Notes under the pieces: generated by a model
What the model saw: only the letters and a program-made list of their open reading frames with translations
What the model was told of the DNA's origin: nothing
The model's database searches: none
In this document: positions 1 to 10,894 of the stretch, piece after piece
Position numbering within the stretch: the stretch's first letter is position 1
Layout: each line of letters starts with the position of its first letter
Made by a program: the position numbers and the translations under genes
From: Rhizaria sp. SCN 62-66
Lineage: Eukaryota
Reading direction: 5' to 3'
DNA: 46,139 bases
NCBI GenBank assembly: GCA_001724265.1
Contig: MEDY01000245.1
Coordinates: forward strand, 1-46,139

Positions 1-1264
1 AAGTTCAGCGAGTACAAGTTCCCCACCAAGGAGGAGACCGAGGCCGCGGCCAACGATGCCGACGCCACTGCTAAGCTGCTGCTGTCGCGTCGCCGCTTCG
101 TTAACCTGATGCGTTTTGTCGGCGAGCTCTTCCTGTGCCGCAACGTGCTGGCCTCCAAAGTTGTGCGCATCTGCATCAACACTCTGTTTACGGCCGCCAC
201 GCACGACGTGCCCCAGGTCGGAGAGACCAACTGGCAGCCCGCCGAGGATCAGATGATCATCGAGGACGCCATGGAGGGTCTGTGCTGTTTCCTCACCACC
301 ACGGGCCGCCTCTACACCGAGGTCAAAAACCCCCAGTGGCAGGCTGATTTCAACGCCGTAATTGCTCGTCTTAAGGCCATCGCCACCATCCGTGACACTG
401 ACCGCCTGAGCTCGCGTATCCGCTTCGCCATCGTCGACGTCGTCATGCTCGCGCGCAACAACTGGGTCCCGCGTTCCGGTGCCCATAGCGGTGGCTTCGC
501 TGCGCTGTGCTCCGATGTTTACATCAAGCAGCTTAAGGCCTAGCTTGCCGCAGCTCGTGTTGCCGTGCTCAAGGCCACTCTTGCTGTCGCACTGGCCGCC
601 AAGGCCAATGCATCTGCTGATGTTGAGGCTAAGGCCAAGGCTGCCGAGTCCAGGGCCCACTCCCCCAAGGCAGACGACGACGACGAGGTCTATGAGGACG
701 ACGAGGTCTATGAGGACGACGAGTTCTCTGAGGACGACGAGACCTTCGAGAACCGCATGTCGCGCCACTGCGCAACATGCTGTTGCCGCGGGCGCCACTT
801 CGACCTCAAGGAGTACGACGAGGTCTATGAGGACGACGAGGTCTATGAGGACGACGAGGTCTATGAGGACGACGAGGAGGTCGAAGGGGCTGCGCCCATT
901 CCCTCTGACGACAACGACAAGCCCGTGTCCGAGGACGAGGCTGAGGCTGAGGCCGAGGCGGGTACGGAATTTGGCGCTGCGCCGACGAGTTCACGACCGA
1001 CCTCGAAGACCAGGTGCCTCAGAGGAGATGAAATCCATCTTCAACGAGTACCGCGCTGGCCGTGAGACCAACAAGCTCAAGGCACGCATCGCCAAGCTTG
1101 CGCTCACGGGCGACCGCGACGTGCTCATGTTCACGGCCGTCACGGCGCCTCTCGCGGTCGCGCTCTCCGGCACCAATCTGCAGGAGACAATCGAGGTACT
1201 CATGACTGCTTGGAGCCTGCTTATCGACAATTATTATAACACATTCCGAGTTAATCTAGCTTAA
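1..1264 (+). CDS. eIF4G-type MIF4G-domain protein, 5'-partial; in-frame TAG at 541-543 and a frame change near 960-1015 before an MA3-like tail
   Basis: Frame 1 is open from base 1 (KFSEYKFPTK...SRRRFVNLMRFVGELF...EGLCCFLTTTG...LSSRIRFAIVDVVMLARNNWVPR), matching eIF4G MIF4G motifs. The frame continues past TAG 541 with the same codon bias into acidic repeats. The frame-2 tail EEMKSIFNEY resembles an MA3 start and ends at TAA 1262-1264. A 52-nt GTACGG..CAG intron at 962-1013 would join the two frames (uncertain). Confidence 0.65.
679..879 (+). repeat. 18-bp coding tandem repeat GACGACGAGGTCTATGAG (DDEVYE) in two blocks
   Basis: Units at 679-696 and 697-714 (degenerate copies 715-750), and at 814-831, 832-849, 850-867. 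The blocks flank HCATCCCRGRH. Confidence 0.9.
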
Positions 1265-1591
1265 AGTTTTCAAAAATAATATTTGTTGACTTAAAACCCA
1301 TCATTTGACGCGACATTTATCGAGGATCATGAACGGCTTCTCGTATTTCAAGATATACTTTAAGAAAAAACAAAGTTTTATAATGTCCTGGTCATTTTCC
1401 AGTCTCCTTTTTTCTTTCCCAGGAATGACAACGGTTTAGACTGATGCCCACAGGTTTTTTACATCAAAATATGTATGATTTTGTACGATCACAATATTTA
1501 AGAACAAAAACAGTAGTTTATAATACATAAATTCTAATGTATCTCATATTTACTAATATATCAAAAAAACTTACGATAATGAAGATGTAAA

Positions 1592-4500
1592 TTACGGTTG
1601 ATCGCGCCTCGCCTGCTCCTGACCCCCTTCTTCCAGATTCCTCTTGCGCCCAATCCCCGCACTGCGTCCCGCACCAGTTCTAGTCGAAAAGCCGGCCGCG
1701 GCCAGCGCGCCGCCCGCGCGGGCCCACATCTCCCGCTGTAGCCGGTACACCTCCTTCTCCCAGTCCAGACGCAACAGCGCGAACGCCACCTGTTCGGCGC
1801 TCGGGGCCGCGTCCGCCGCTGACATAGCCGACGCCGCCGACGCGGCAGCGGCGCCCAGCTCGGCCGCCAGCGCCACCGGCGACAGCGGACACGCAGCGGG
1901 AATCGCCACGGGCGCGTGCCACACACCCTCAGCCCCGGCCGCAGCCGCAGCCGCAGTCGGTGAAGTGGAGCTGGTCGACAGGGGCGCGGCGGCGGACGCG
2001 GCGGCAGCAACGGCGTCGGGCACTGCGCAGTTGCTCAAAGCTACGCATGTCGCACCATCAGCACTGCTAGCACTCGTCACGAGCGAAGACTTTGCAACGT
2101 AGGCGTTCACCCAGGCACGCACAGCTGCTGTGACAGCATCCGCGTTGGCGGCATACTTGTCTACGCTCACTCCACCGCCTCTGGCGCTTGGGCCCGCAGC
2201 CCCGGCAGCGGTCACGCCGACAGTCCGGAGACTGTTCGCGAGCAAGGGGTGTCCCCAGCCCCAAGAGGCAGGAAACGCGCGCAGCGCCCGCGCCACCGCG
2301 CCCGCAGTCGCCGGGTAGTTCATCATGTTCTTCTGGCAGAAGCCGCGCAGTGAGAACGCCGCTGCGGCCGCTGCAGCCGTCGCGGCCGGTGTCGGGGCGC
2401 CGGAGCCGGGCGTGGGGGCGCTGAGGGCGGCGAGGAGCACGCGCTGCGCGACCGTCGTGGCGCCGCTGGCTAGTAGCACGCGAGCGACGGCGGTCGCCGT
2501 GGGCGCCGCGAGGGCGAAGCAGAGGCCCGGTTTGCGGGAGCAAGAGCCTGAGCCAGAGCTAGGGTCAGGAGTCTCGCGGTCAGTCACCGAAAACGCCTCA
2601 CCGTCACTCTCATTGTGAGTTGAACAAGCAGGGGCGAACCATTCGCCCTTGACGAGAGCTCCGCTAGCGGCTCTTGCGTTCGTTACACCGGGTCCTGTCG
2701 TAGTCGCATTCGTGGCGGGCGTAGACACAGGCGTGGTGCAGAGACAGGAGCACAACGGCCACCACGGCAGCGGGCGGGGGTAGTACTGTTTGTCGCGCGC
2801 TGCAAACGCCACCGCCAGTGCAGCCGCAGCAGCAACCGAGGCATCCGGTGCACCTACATTCGCACTGTCAGTGGATGCGTTCCAAGGAGCGGACAGAGCA
2901 AGCGCAGCTTCGACTTCCACACGAGCGCTGTCGTTGTTGCTGCTTAGATTCGAGAGCGGGAATGGGATCGCGACAGGCGCCAGCGAGTTTGCCTCGAGCG
3001 CGGCAGCGACAGCGGGGTCAGCTGCCACAGCATTGTGCGCGGTCGCGGTCGGCGCAAGAGCAGCGGCGGCTTCGATGTCGGCGGCGACAGAGGCAGCCCG
3101 CGTCACAGTGTCGGGCTCAGACTTCACCACGCCAGTCGCAGACTGCGGCGTCGTGTTGCCGCTACTGCTGCCGACGGAGCCCGCACCGTTGCTCTTGGGC
3201 GTGACGGTCATGGCGGCGAGAGGAAAGCGGAAGCTGAGCGCCGGGCTGCTCCCCAGCAGCGCGGCCTCCGCCTCGGCCTTGGCCGCGCTCTCGGCCACCG
3301 GTACCGGCAGTAGCGCGCCGGTGCTCGCGCCCGTAACGACGACATCGCCGTCGCTTGTGCTGCAAGACACCGCACTAGCACCCGCACCTGCACCGGCATT
3401 CAGACGCGCGTTCGCGCTGGTGCTGTTCGGGAACGCGCCAGAGCCCGCGCTCGCGGCTGCGCTAACATGGCGATTCGCGGCGAGCGCGGCCGCCGCATGC
3501 CCCGCAGCGACCGCAGTCGCGGTGGCGGCGGACACGGTCGCAGCGAGGTGCCGCGCGATGATCCCCGCGCGCGCCGTCACGGCCTTGACCTCCGACGCCG
3601 ACGTGCCGGTGGCCGCGGCCAGCGCCTCGAGCGAGGCGCTTTCCCAGTCGGTCGTCGTCGCGGTGCGCTCGCGGTCCGCGATGGACTGCGCTTGCATCAC
3701 TAAATGCGACGACGAAGGGAGCAGCACGACGGAGCCACTGACAAAGTTGGAGCCGGCGCTTGCGTGAGGGCTTGGTGCTGATGCGGCAGCAGCTGCCGTA
3801 GCTGCAGTGGAAGCATTGGCGCTATAGATACTGCCATTGCGAGCGGTGTTGCTCGTGTTGTCAGCTGCACAGCTGCTGCTGCTGCTGGTGTTATTCGCAG
3901 TCTTTACAAGCCATGGGCTCTTGGTCGCAGCATCAGACGCAGAGGTCAGGCCGTTTTCCTCGGCATCAGACATCACAGTTGCAGCATTGCTCGTATTCGG
4001 CAAGGGGTTGAGAGCCGCAGCCGCGACGGCGGGGACAGCGACGGCGTCGGGCAGTGCCCCCTGCGGTGCGATCCGCGTGATGAATCCCTGCTCGTCCTTG
4101 ATGACGGCGACAAGGTTGGTGACGAGCCCCTTGCGTTCGCTCACGCGCCGGATCAGAGCCATCAGCGCGGGCCCGTACGTCTCCACCTTGCGGTCGCCGA
4201 CGCCGTCGATCATGCGCAGGTGCGCGGCGTCCACAGGCCGCTTCGCCGCCAGCTCGATCGTCGTCGCGCGCGTGAAGATCATGAAGGGCGCGACGCGCCG
4301 CGCGCGGGCCTCGCTGTCGCGCAGCGCGGTGATCTCGTGCCACAGCTCAGTCTCCGCGGGCGACAGCCTCAGCGCCGCGTCCACCGCTGCGCCGCCCGCC
4401 GCATCGCCGCCCGCGCCGCCGGCGGCGGAGGCCGACGAGAGCTGCAGCATCAGTTTCTTGATGTCTTCGGGCAGCGGCAGCAGCAGCGGCGGCAGCGCGA

Positions 4501-7500
4501 CCGACGCGAAGGGCTTCCGCCCCGCGTACAAGTGCTCCGTGCCGCGCACCGCGCGCCCGTTGGGCACGGGGTCGTCGGTGTCGGTGCCGAGGACGTTGAC
4601 GAACTCGCCAAGCGTCTGCTGGCCCTTGTCCGTCAACGCAGGTGCCGCCCAGGAACGGCTGAATCCGCCGCCGAACCGCCCACCGCCACCGCCACCGGTG
4701 TTGAGGCTGACCGTCTTCTCGACGACGTAGCCGGTTTCGATGAGGCTGGCGAGCACGGCGGCCCAGTAGGCCGTGCCCTGCCCCGTCACGCCCGCAGCGC
4801 GTGCCACGTAGCTGGCGCAGCCGGTGAAGCCGCGCGCCTGCTCGGCGCCGATGACCAGCGAGCGCTTCTTGGACGACGTGCCCCCGCTGTGCGCAACCGC
4901 CTGCGCGGCGTACACCAGCGTCGGGTCGCGCGTCAGCACCAGGTCCATGAGCGTAGACTTGCCGATCCGCTCATTGGTCTTGGCAATAATCGACAGCAGG
5001 CAGTACGCCTCGCGGCACGCGTCCACCGTGGTGTGTGAGGTCACCCCCGCCGTCGCGCCCAGGCAGACGTCGCAGCCGGTGCACTTGACTGTGGTGGCCG
5101 CGGGGTCGTGGAAGTAGCGCATCAGCGTGCGGCGCCGGCACTCGCGCGCGGTCGCTGCCGCGGCCGCGCCAACCGTGGCCGCCGCAGTCACCGTGCCGGT
5201 CCCGAAGCAGTAGTCGGCCATGTGCTTGAGCAGCGTCTCGGCACGGCCCGCACTCTCGGGCGTGCTGCGCGCGGCGTCGAGCGCGATGAGCGACCGCGCC
5301 GTGGTGAGGTCCTTCGTGTCGCACAGCAGCAGACACTCGGCGGGGCCGTTGTCGCGCCCGGCGCGGCCCGTCTGCTGGTAGTATCCTTCCAGCGTAGTAG
5401 GCACGCCGTAGTGCACGATGCGCCGGATGTCGGGCTTGTCGATGCCCATGCCGAAGGCCGAGGTGGCGACGAGCACGTCCAGCCGGTCGTGCAGGAAGTC
5501 CGCGTGCGCCTGCGCGCGGTCGCGGTCGGACCGGCCTGCGTGGTACACGCCCACGCGCAGCTTGCGCGGTGGCGGCAGACTCGTCGGAATCGCGCCAGAC
5601 GGGCGCTGGACGGAGAAGGTGCCGCTCGTCACAGCGCTATTGCCGTTCACGTTGTTGTTAGTCGCATCGACGACGTGCTCCAGGTCGTCACCGACATTAC
5701 AGTTAACATTCGCAGTGTTTGCATTATTCGCAGTATTCGCGTTATTCGCAGTGCTTGCATTATTCGCAGTACTTGCATGAGCGTTGCCGTTCGCGGGCTT
5801 GACAGGGGACGCATTGGCACTGCCAGAGCGGCTGCCAGTGGCAATCAGCGGCAGCGTGCTCTGCCGCACAATCACCGTCGCTGCGCCCGCGCCCGCGGGG
5901 CTGGTGCGCGAAAACGGGTTGTCTTTGAGCGCAAAGCGGGGCGTGATGGCGCTGCCTGGAGCCGCGGCCGTGGCAGTGCGCTTCAGCGCGTAGATGCTCG
6001 GCCGCGGCAGCGTGCTGGAGCCCAGGCCCGGCGCGATGAGCCCGCCGGTGACCGTGCGCGCGACGCCAGAGCCAGCGGTCGTAGTGTTGGCTGTGCCGGC
6101 GTGAGTGGCAGTGTCGCGGGTGGCGGCGTCGTCGTCGTCATCGTCACTGAGGTTGACAGGCACGTCGTCGTTGACGTAACGCAGCGAATAGTCCTCGTCA
6201 CGGTCACGGTCACGGTCAGGCTCTGCGTCGTCATCTTTGCGCTCCAAGTTCTCGCCTGACGTACTACGACCGATCTCAGTTGATTCCTTCTCAGCCTTGA
6301 CAGCCCTATCGTAAATCACACTGCGGTCACCGCTGGTTGCGTCAGATTCACGCGCGTTCGCTTGAATGGTCGCCGCAGCCTCGGCCGCCGCAGCTGCGTT
6401 GGCCGCCGCTGCGCGCGCGCTGGCTGCGGCCACGGCGGCGTACGACGTGAGTCCGCGCTTGACCACCTGCTGCGGTGCGCGCGGCTGCTGCTGGTCCAGC
6501 TGCTGTTGTTGCTGCTGGTACGCCGAGGCGTCGAACGCGGCGCCACAGCCCACAGGCACTGCGCCGACTGTCACGGCGTCAGGCAACGCACTGGCGCTCA
6601 CATTGGAGCTCGAGTTGGCGCTCGAGCTCGTGTTGTTCATCAGAGCGTTGAAGTGCGCTCCCTTCGTCGCGTTCATGAGCTCCGTGACGTACGCCTCGAC
6701 CGACGCGAGGCTAGGCTCGGTCCAGGTGATTTCGCTGAGAAAGCCCGCCAGGTCTTCAGCCTCCTTGCGCGTCTGTGTGTAGATAAGCGTGACGCCTCCA
6801 TCGATCGAGCCGCAGACCCAGGGGTTGCGCCGCGGGAACGCATCCCCGCCGTCGACGCTGTTGGCTGCGGCCACTGCGACGTCGGCGGCGCGCAGCACGA
6901 CGTCGTTGCAAACGTCCACTGAGACAGCGCCGCCATGCTGCCGCTGTTGCTCGAGCTGCTGTTCGCGCCACTGGCGCACGAGGCGAAGCTTGCGCCGAGT
7001 CATCTCGCTGGCGCTGGGTACAAAAAGCGGGCGCAGGTCGCGCGCGCGCGCGGCCGAGGCGCTGCCGGCAACCGCGCTGGGCGTCTTGCGGCGGACGAAA
7101 TACACCAGGTTAGGCCGGTTGACTGTGCCGATGTACCGGGACACGGGCGGGAGCCAGTTGCGGGAAAACGCACGTAAACCAGCCCCGCCATAGTTACCGT
7201 AGCCGCCATAGTTGTCATAGCCAAAGCCGCCCCCGTCGCTGCCAGTGGTCCCAGTGCTGCTGAAGGGCGGTGGCTCTTGCAGCCCCATCTGCGCGATCAC
7301 GTCGTCGACCACGGCGGTCGTGGCCGTGGCGGTTAGGCACACGACTGGCAGGTCCCAGCCCAGCGCCTCGCGCACCTGGCGTAGCTGGCGGAACTCGGGG
7401 CGGAACTCGTGCCCCCACTCGGACACGCAGTGCGCCTCGTCCACAGCCAGTAGCCCCACCACGCCGCGCGCGCGCAGGGAAGCCAGGCCGTCGAGCCAGC

Positions 7501-8243
7501 GCAACGCCTTCTCGGGCGCCATGTACACGAGCGCGAAGTGCCCGCCGCGGTACAGCGCGTCGAGCTCCTCGGCGCGCGTGCTGGGGCCGAGATACAGCGC
7601 GCGCACGCCGCGGGCGCTGAGTCCGGCGACCTGGTCCTGCATGAGAGACACGAGCGGCGAGATGACAACCGTAGTGAGCCCCGTTAGCAGCGGCGGCAGC
7701 TGGTAGCAGAGCGACTTGCCGCTGCCCGTGGCCTGCATCACGAAGCTGTGCCGCGGCAGCGTCACGGGGCCCGTCGCGCGCGGGACCACCGAGACGGAGG
7801 CGAAGTCGCAGCTCACGACCGCGCTCGCGGTCTCGCTGGCGCTGTCAGAGCTGCCGGCCATGTTTGTGAGCGGGAAAAGGAAGGATGACGTGGGTGGCGC
7901 GCCCGCGCTGCCATTGTTTGAGCCGTTGTTGAACGGAAAGGGCATTGCTGCAGTCGGATGCAGTCCTCCTGTATTCACGCTCTCAATATCAGGCAGAGAG
8001 TACGCGAGCACAGCGTTCGTAACGGCGCCGATCTGGAAGGGCTTCAGAGACGCAAAGCCGAAGGTGCTACGGAGCACTGCTTGCAAGCGCGCTGCAACGT
8101 GGGGAGGCAGCTCATGCGCAACAGTGCCAACAGAGACAGAGGTGGATGCAGATGACTGGCGATACAATGACATTAGTCGATCATGCGAGCTGGAAGCGGC
8201 TGGCGCATCATGCTGACCCTGTGTATGTTGTTGGTGCTGCTAC

Positions 8244-8276
<33 letters not shown>

Positions 8277-8629
8277 GACTGCTGCGGCTCCGGCTTGACG
8301 CGGGGCTCAACCGTCGCAGTTGGAGTCGCGGTCGCTGTCATGGGTGGACGCAGGTCGCTGCTCGTCGTTGGACGGAGCTCGCTGTTGTCGGTCGGGCGCG
8401 GCAGCGCTGTTGCTAAGCTTACAGTAGGCACCGCAGAAGACCCTGATGCCGCTGTCGGTGTTGCTGTTGCCGTCGTGGCCCCTCCTCCAACTTGAGTCTG
8501 CGTTTGCTGCTGCAGCGGCTGCAGACCAGGCTCTGACTTGACTACCGGGGCTGTCGCTGCTGCTGCTGCCGCGGCGGCGCTTGCACGGGCAGCAGCAGCA
8601 GACGCCGCAGCCTTCTTGTATATAGACAT
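1592..8629 (-). CDS. RECQ: RecQ-family DNA helicase (WRN/RecQ-like: helicase core, RQC, HRDC); 2345 aa if TAG 8240-8242 is decoded
   Basis: Motifs FGFASLKPFQ, ATGSGKSLCYQLP, VDEAHCVSEWGHEFRP, LTATAT, NRPNL, YHAG, VATSAFGMGIDKPDIR, YYQQTGRAGRD; Zn ligands CRR..CTGCDVC; HRDC (LRDSEARARRVAPFMIF..IDGVGDRKVETYG). ORF 8240..8629 is in frame with 1592..8173 across a single TAG. Ends TAA. Confidence 0.92.
5709..5780 (-). repeat. 18-bp coding tandem repeat x4 (A[S/N]TANN) inside the RecQ insertion
   Basis: TTCGCAGTGTTTGCATTA-like units start at 5709, 5727, 5745 and 5763. Confidence 0.85.
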
Positions 8630-9366
8630 GCAGGCCCGGGTGTGTGCGCGTTCGGGGAGCTAGGAGCGCTGAGTGTGCGAGCGCGAGAGTAAGGCGAGAA
8701 AAGAGAGAAAGGGCTTTGCTCTCCCTGGACAATTGATGTGTCGCATAGAGGAGAATAATCGATGATGTTAGATTGGATAATTTGAGGCAATATACAATAT
8801 TCAAGCTTTGGATTGTATCATGTACCAAAATCAAGAAATAACGATTATATAGCTACAATTTCGTGATTGCCTGATCAAGGACAGAAGCGCGCGGGCTACT
8901 GTGACAGCAAACCGGTTTGTGGTTGTCGGAACTTTAAGAAGCACGTCATCGCCAAATCAAAAGCCAAACTAAGTGTGTAGCTCGAGACACAGGATTTAAA
9001 AATGGGTCATATGTATTGCTGTACATGATCCGTCACTGCGTTCCCCTGCTTCAACTCACTCATTTCAAAACGAAAGAGAAGCGAGGAAGAGTGGCGCAGC
9101 GTCAAGCCAGCAGCTGTACTGCGAGAACTAAGGCAGCGGGAAACCAAGCAGAGCACATGTGAATCAACACTGTGCGTTGAGTTCCACCGTTATCTTAACT
9201 ACAAGCACGCCACTGAGACTCAACAGAGGATACTTTACTAAAATCTTCACCAAGGAGAGAGAAGGGATAAAACTCGGAGTTTACAAAATCAACTCGCATC
9301 ACAACCTCGCACTACACTCACACGTAGCATGCTGTCGTACGAGGACTAGAACAGCGGCCGGTTCGC

Positions 9367-10173
9367 TTACTTCTTGCCGTACTTAAGCTGCTTGGTGAGG
9401 AGGTCGCGGTTGAGCCACCAGACGGCGCCCTCAGTGCGGGGCTGGCCCTCGGTGCGGGTGCCGGAGGCAAGGCCGCGGGAGGCAATGCGGACAGCAGCCT
9501 CGGCGGTGATGAGCAGGCGGCGGAGCTCCTCGGCGAGGGGGGAGGCGTGGAGCTGGGCGAGCATGTTCTTGGCGGTGAGGCCCTTGACGCCGGGGAGGAG
9601 CGACTGCTCCTCGAGGCGGGTGCGCTCAGCCTCGTACTCGCGGATCTTGCGGTTGACGTCCTCGAGGGCGGACTTGGCCTTCTCGAGGGCCTCGTTGACG
9701 GGCTCGCCGGCCTTGGAACGCTCCATGAGGTCCTTGGGGGAGAGGTCGTACTGGTAGAGGAGGTACTCGAGGAACGAGACGCGGCCGTCGAAGTTGACGT
9801 CGACACGCTCGCGGATCTCCTTCTTGCGGACGATGGCGGTCATGTCCTTGGGGATGGAGCGGGGGTAGTTCTCCTTCCAGCGGGCGTTCTTGGCGTCGTC
9901 GAAGAACTTGAAGATGGTCTCGAAGAGGTGCAGGGCCATGTCGAAGTCAAGGTCGTTACCCTCGTTGTAGAGGTGGTAGTAGTGGATGTTCTTGTTCTTC
10001 ATGTCGACGTACTTGATCTTCTCCCAGGCGACGTTGTAGATGCACTCGGCCTCATCCTTGAGCTCATCGTAGAAGGCGTTGAGGATGAAGATCGCCTGCT
10101 CAGAGAAGCTGCGCTGGGAAACCTCGTTGAAGTACTTGAGCGACTCGGCGTCAAGCTTCTCGACGAAAGACAT
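9367..10173 (-). CDS. abpB: Calcium-regulated actin-bundling protein (Dictyostelium ABP34-like, EF-hand), 268 aa
   Basis: Start MSFVEKLD at ATG 10173, where strong GC3 codon bias begins. EF-hand DVNFDGRVSFLEYLLYQY. C-terminal GVKGLTAKNMLAQLHASPL..LITAEAAVRIA is typical of the ABP34 F-actin-bundling domain. Ends TAA. Confidence 0.85.
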   Translation of the reverse strand: MSFVEKLDAESLKYFNEVSQRSFSEQAIFILNAFYDELKDEAECIYNVAWEKIKYVDMKNKNIHYYHLYNEGNDLDFDMALHLFETIFKFFDDAKNARWKENYPRSIPKDMTAIVRKKEIRERVDVNFDGRVSFLEYLLYQYDLSPKDLMERSKAGEPVNEALEKAKSALEDVNRKIREYEAERTRLEEQSLLPGVKGLTAKNMLAQLHASPLAEELRRLLITAEAAVRIASRGLASGTRTEGQPRTEGAVWWLNRDLLTKQLKYGKK

Positions 10174-10894
10174 CTTGCGAAGAAAACTAGATACATAATA
10201 GCCGATCCGATCAGATGGTTGACAAGATGGATAACACAGCACGAGTTTAGCGACGAGCAGGCGAGGGAAGGAACGGAATGCAAGGGAGGAAGGTGAGGGA
10301 GGCGTGAGGTGAGCCGAAGAAAGGAGGATATCAGCATATTGCCGACGTCAGAGGTCGTAAAACAGAAACACATCATGAAGTTGCAAGAGTAAAATGTGTA
10401 GAGCTGCGATGGTTTGCGAGCCGTGAGAGATCTGAGGGTCGATCGAAAGGCGCGCGCGTGGCACGAGCACCCTCGAAACGCCAAGGACAAACATATCTTG
10501 CGTCCAGCGAGCCCTTTCCTGACACACCAAGCGGTTGACAAAGAGTGTTGTAAGTACTCGAGCAACTGACACCAAGTAATGTATCACTGACAAACTCTTT
10601 CAGTCATGTTTGAGTCAATACTGCCTCGATTCGTGGTTGTTTTTGATTCTCTCGAGCCTGCTCTTCGAGACCAGACCCCCGTCTTAACTTCGGAACAATC
10701 CGACTTTTCACGAACCAGGCACGCGACAACCGCTTGACCAAGCGAAACAACATATTTTACTTAAAAGAATGTCACATTGTGTATAGTTATCTGTGCTATA
10801 GAATTATATACGTTCTGAATTAAATAATTATGGCAGTTCTATATATCTGTCGGTTTGTTATGAACATTGAATTCCTTTAAGAGTGTTGACGAAG

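Noticed and set aside
679-879. CRISPR-like array
   Set aside because: The units are head-to-tail 18-mers without unique spacers, in frame in a eukaryotic gene.
5565-6735. Intein in RecQ (and in the CRT loop)
   Set aside because: No terminal His-Asn followed by Cys/Ser/Thr, no LAGLIDADG motifs; the inserts are low-complexity.
10174-10242. N-terminal extensions in the ORF track (ABP34 to 10242; also EF-hand to 36405 and last gene to 46106)
   Set aside because: These lack coding bias or are intronic/UTR; better starts or splice sites are at 10173, 36249 and 46034.
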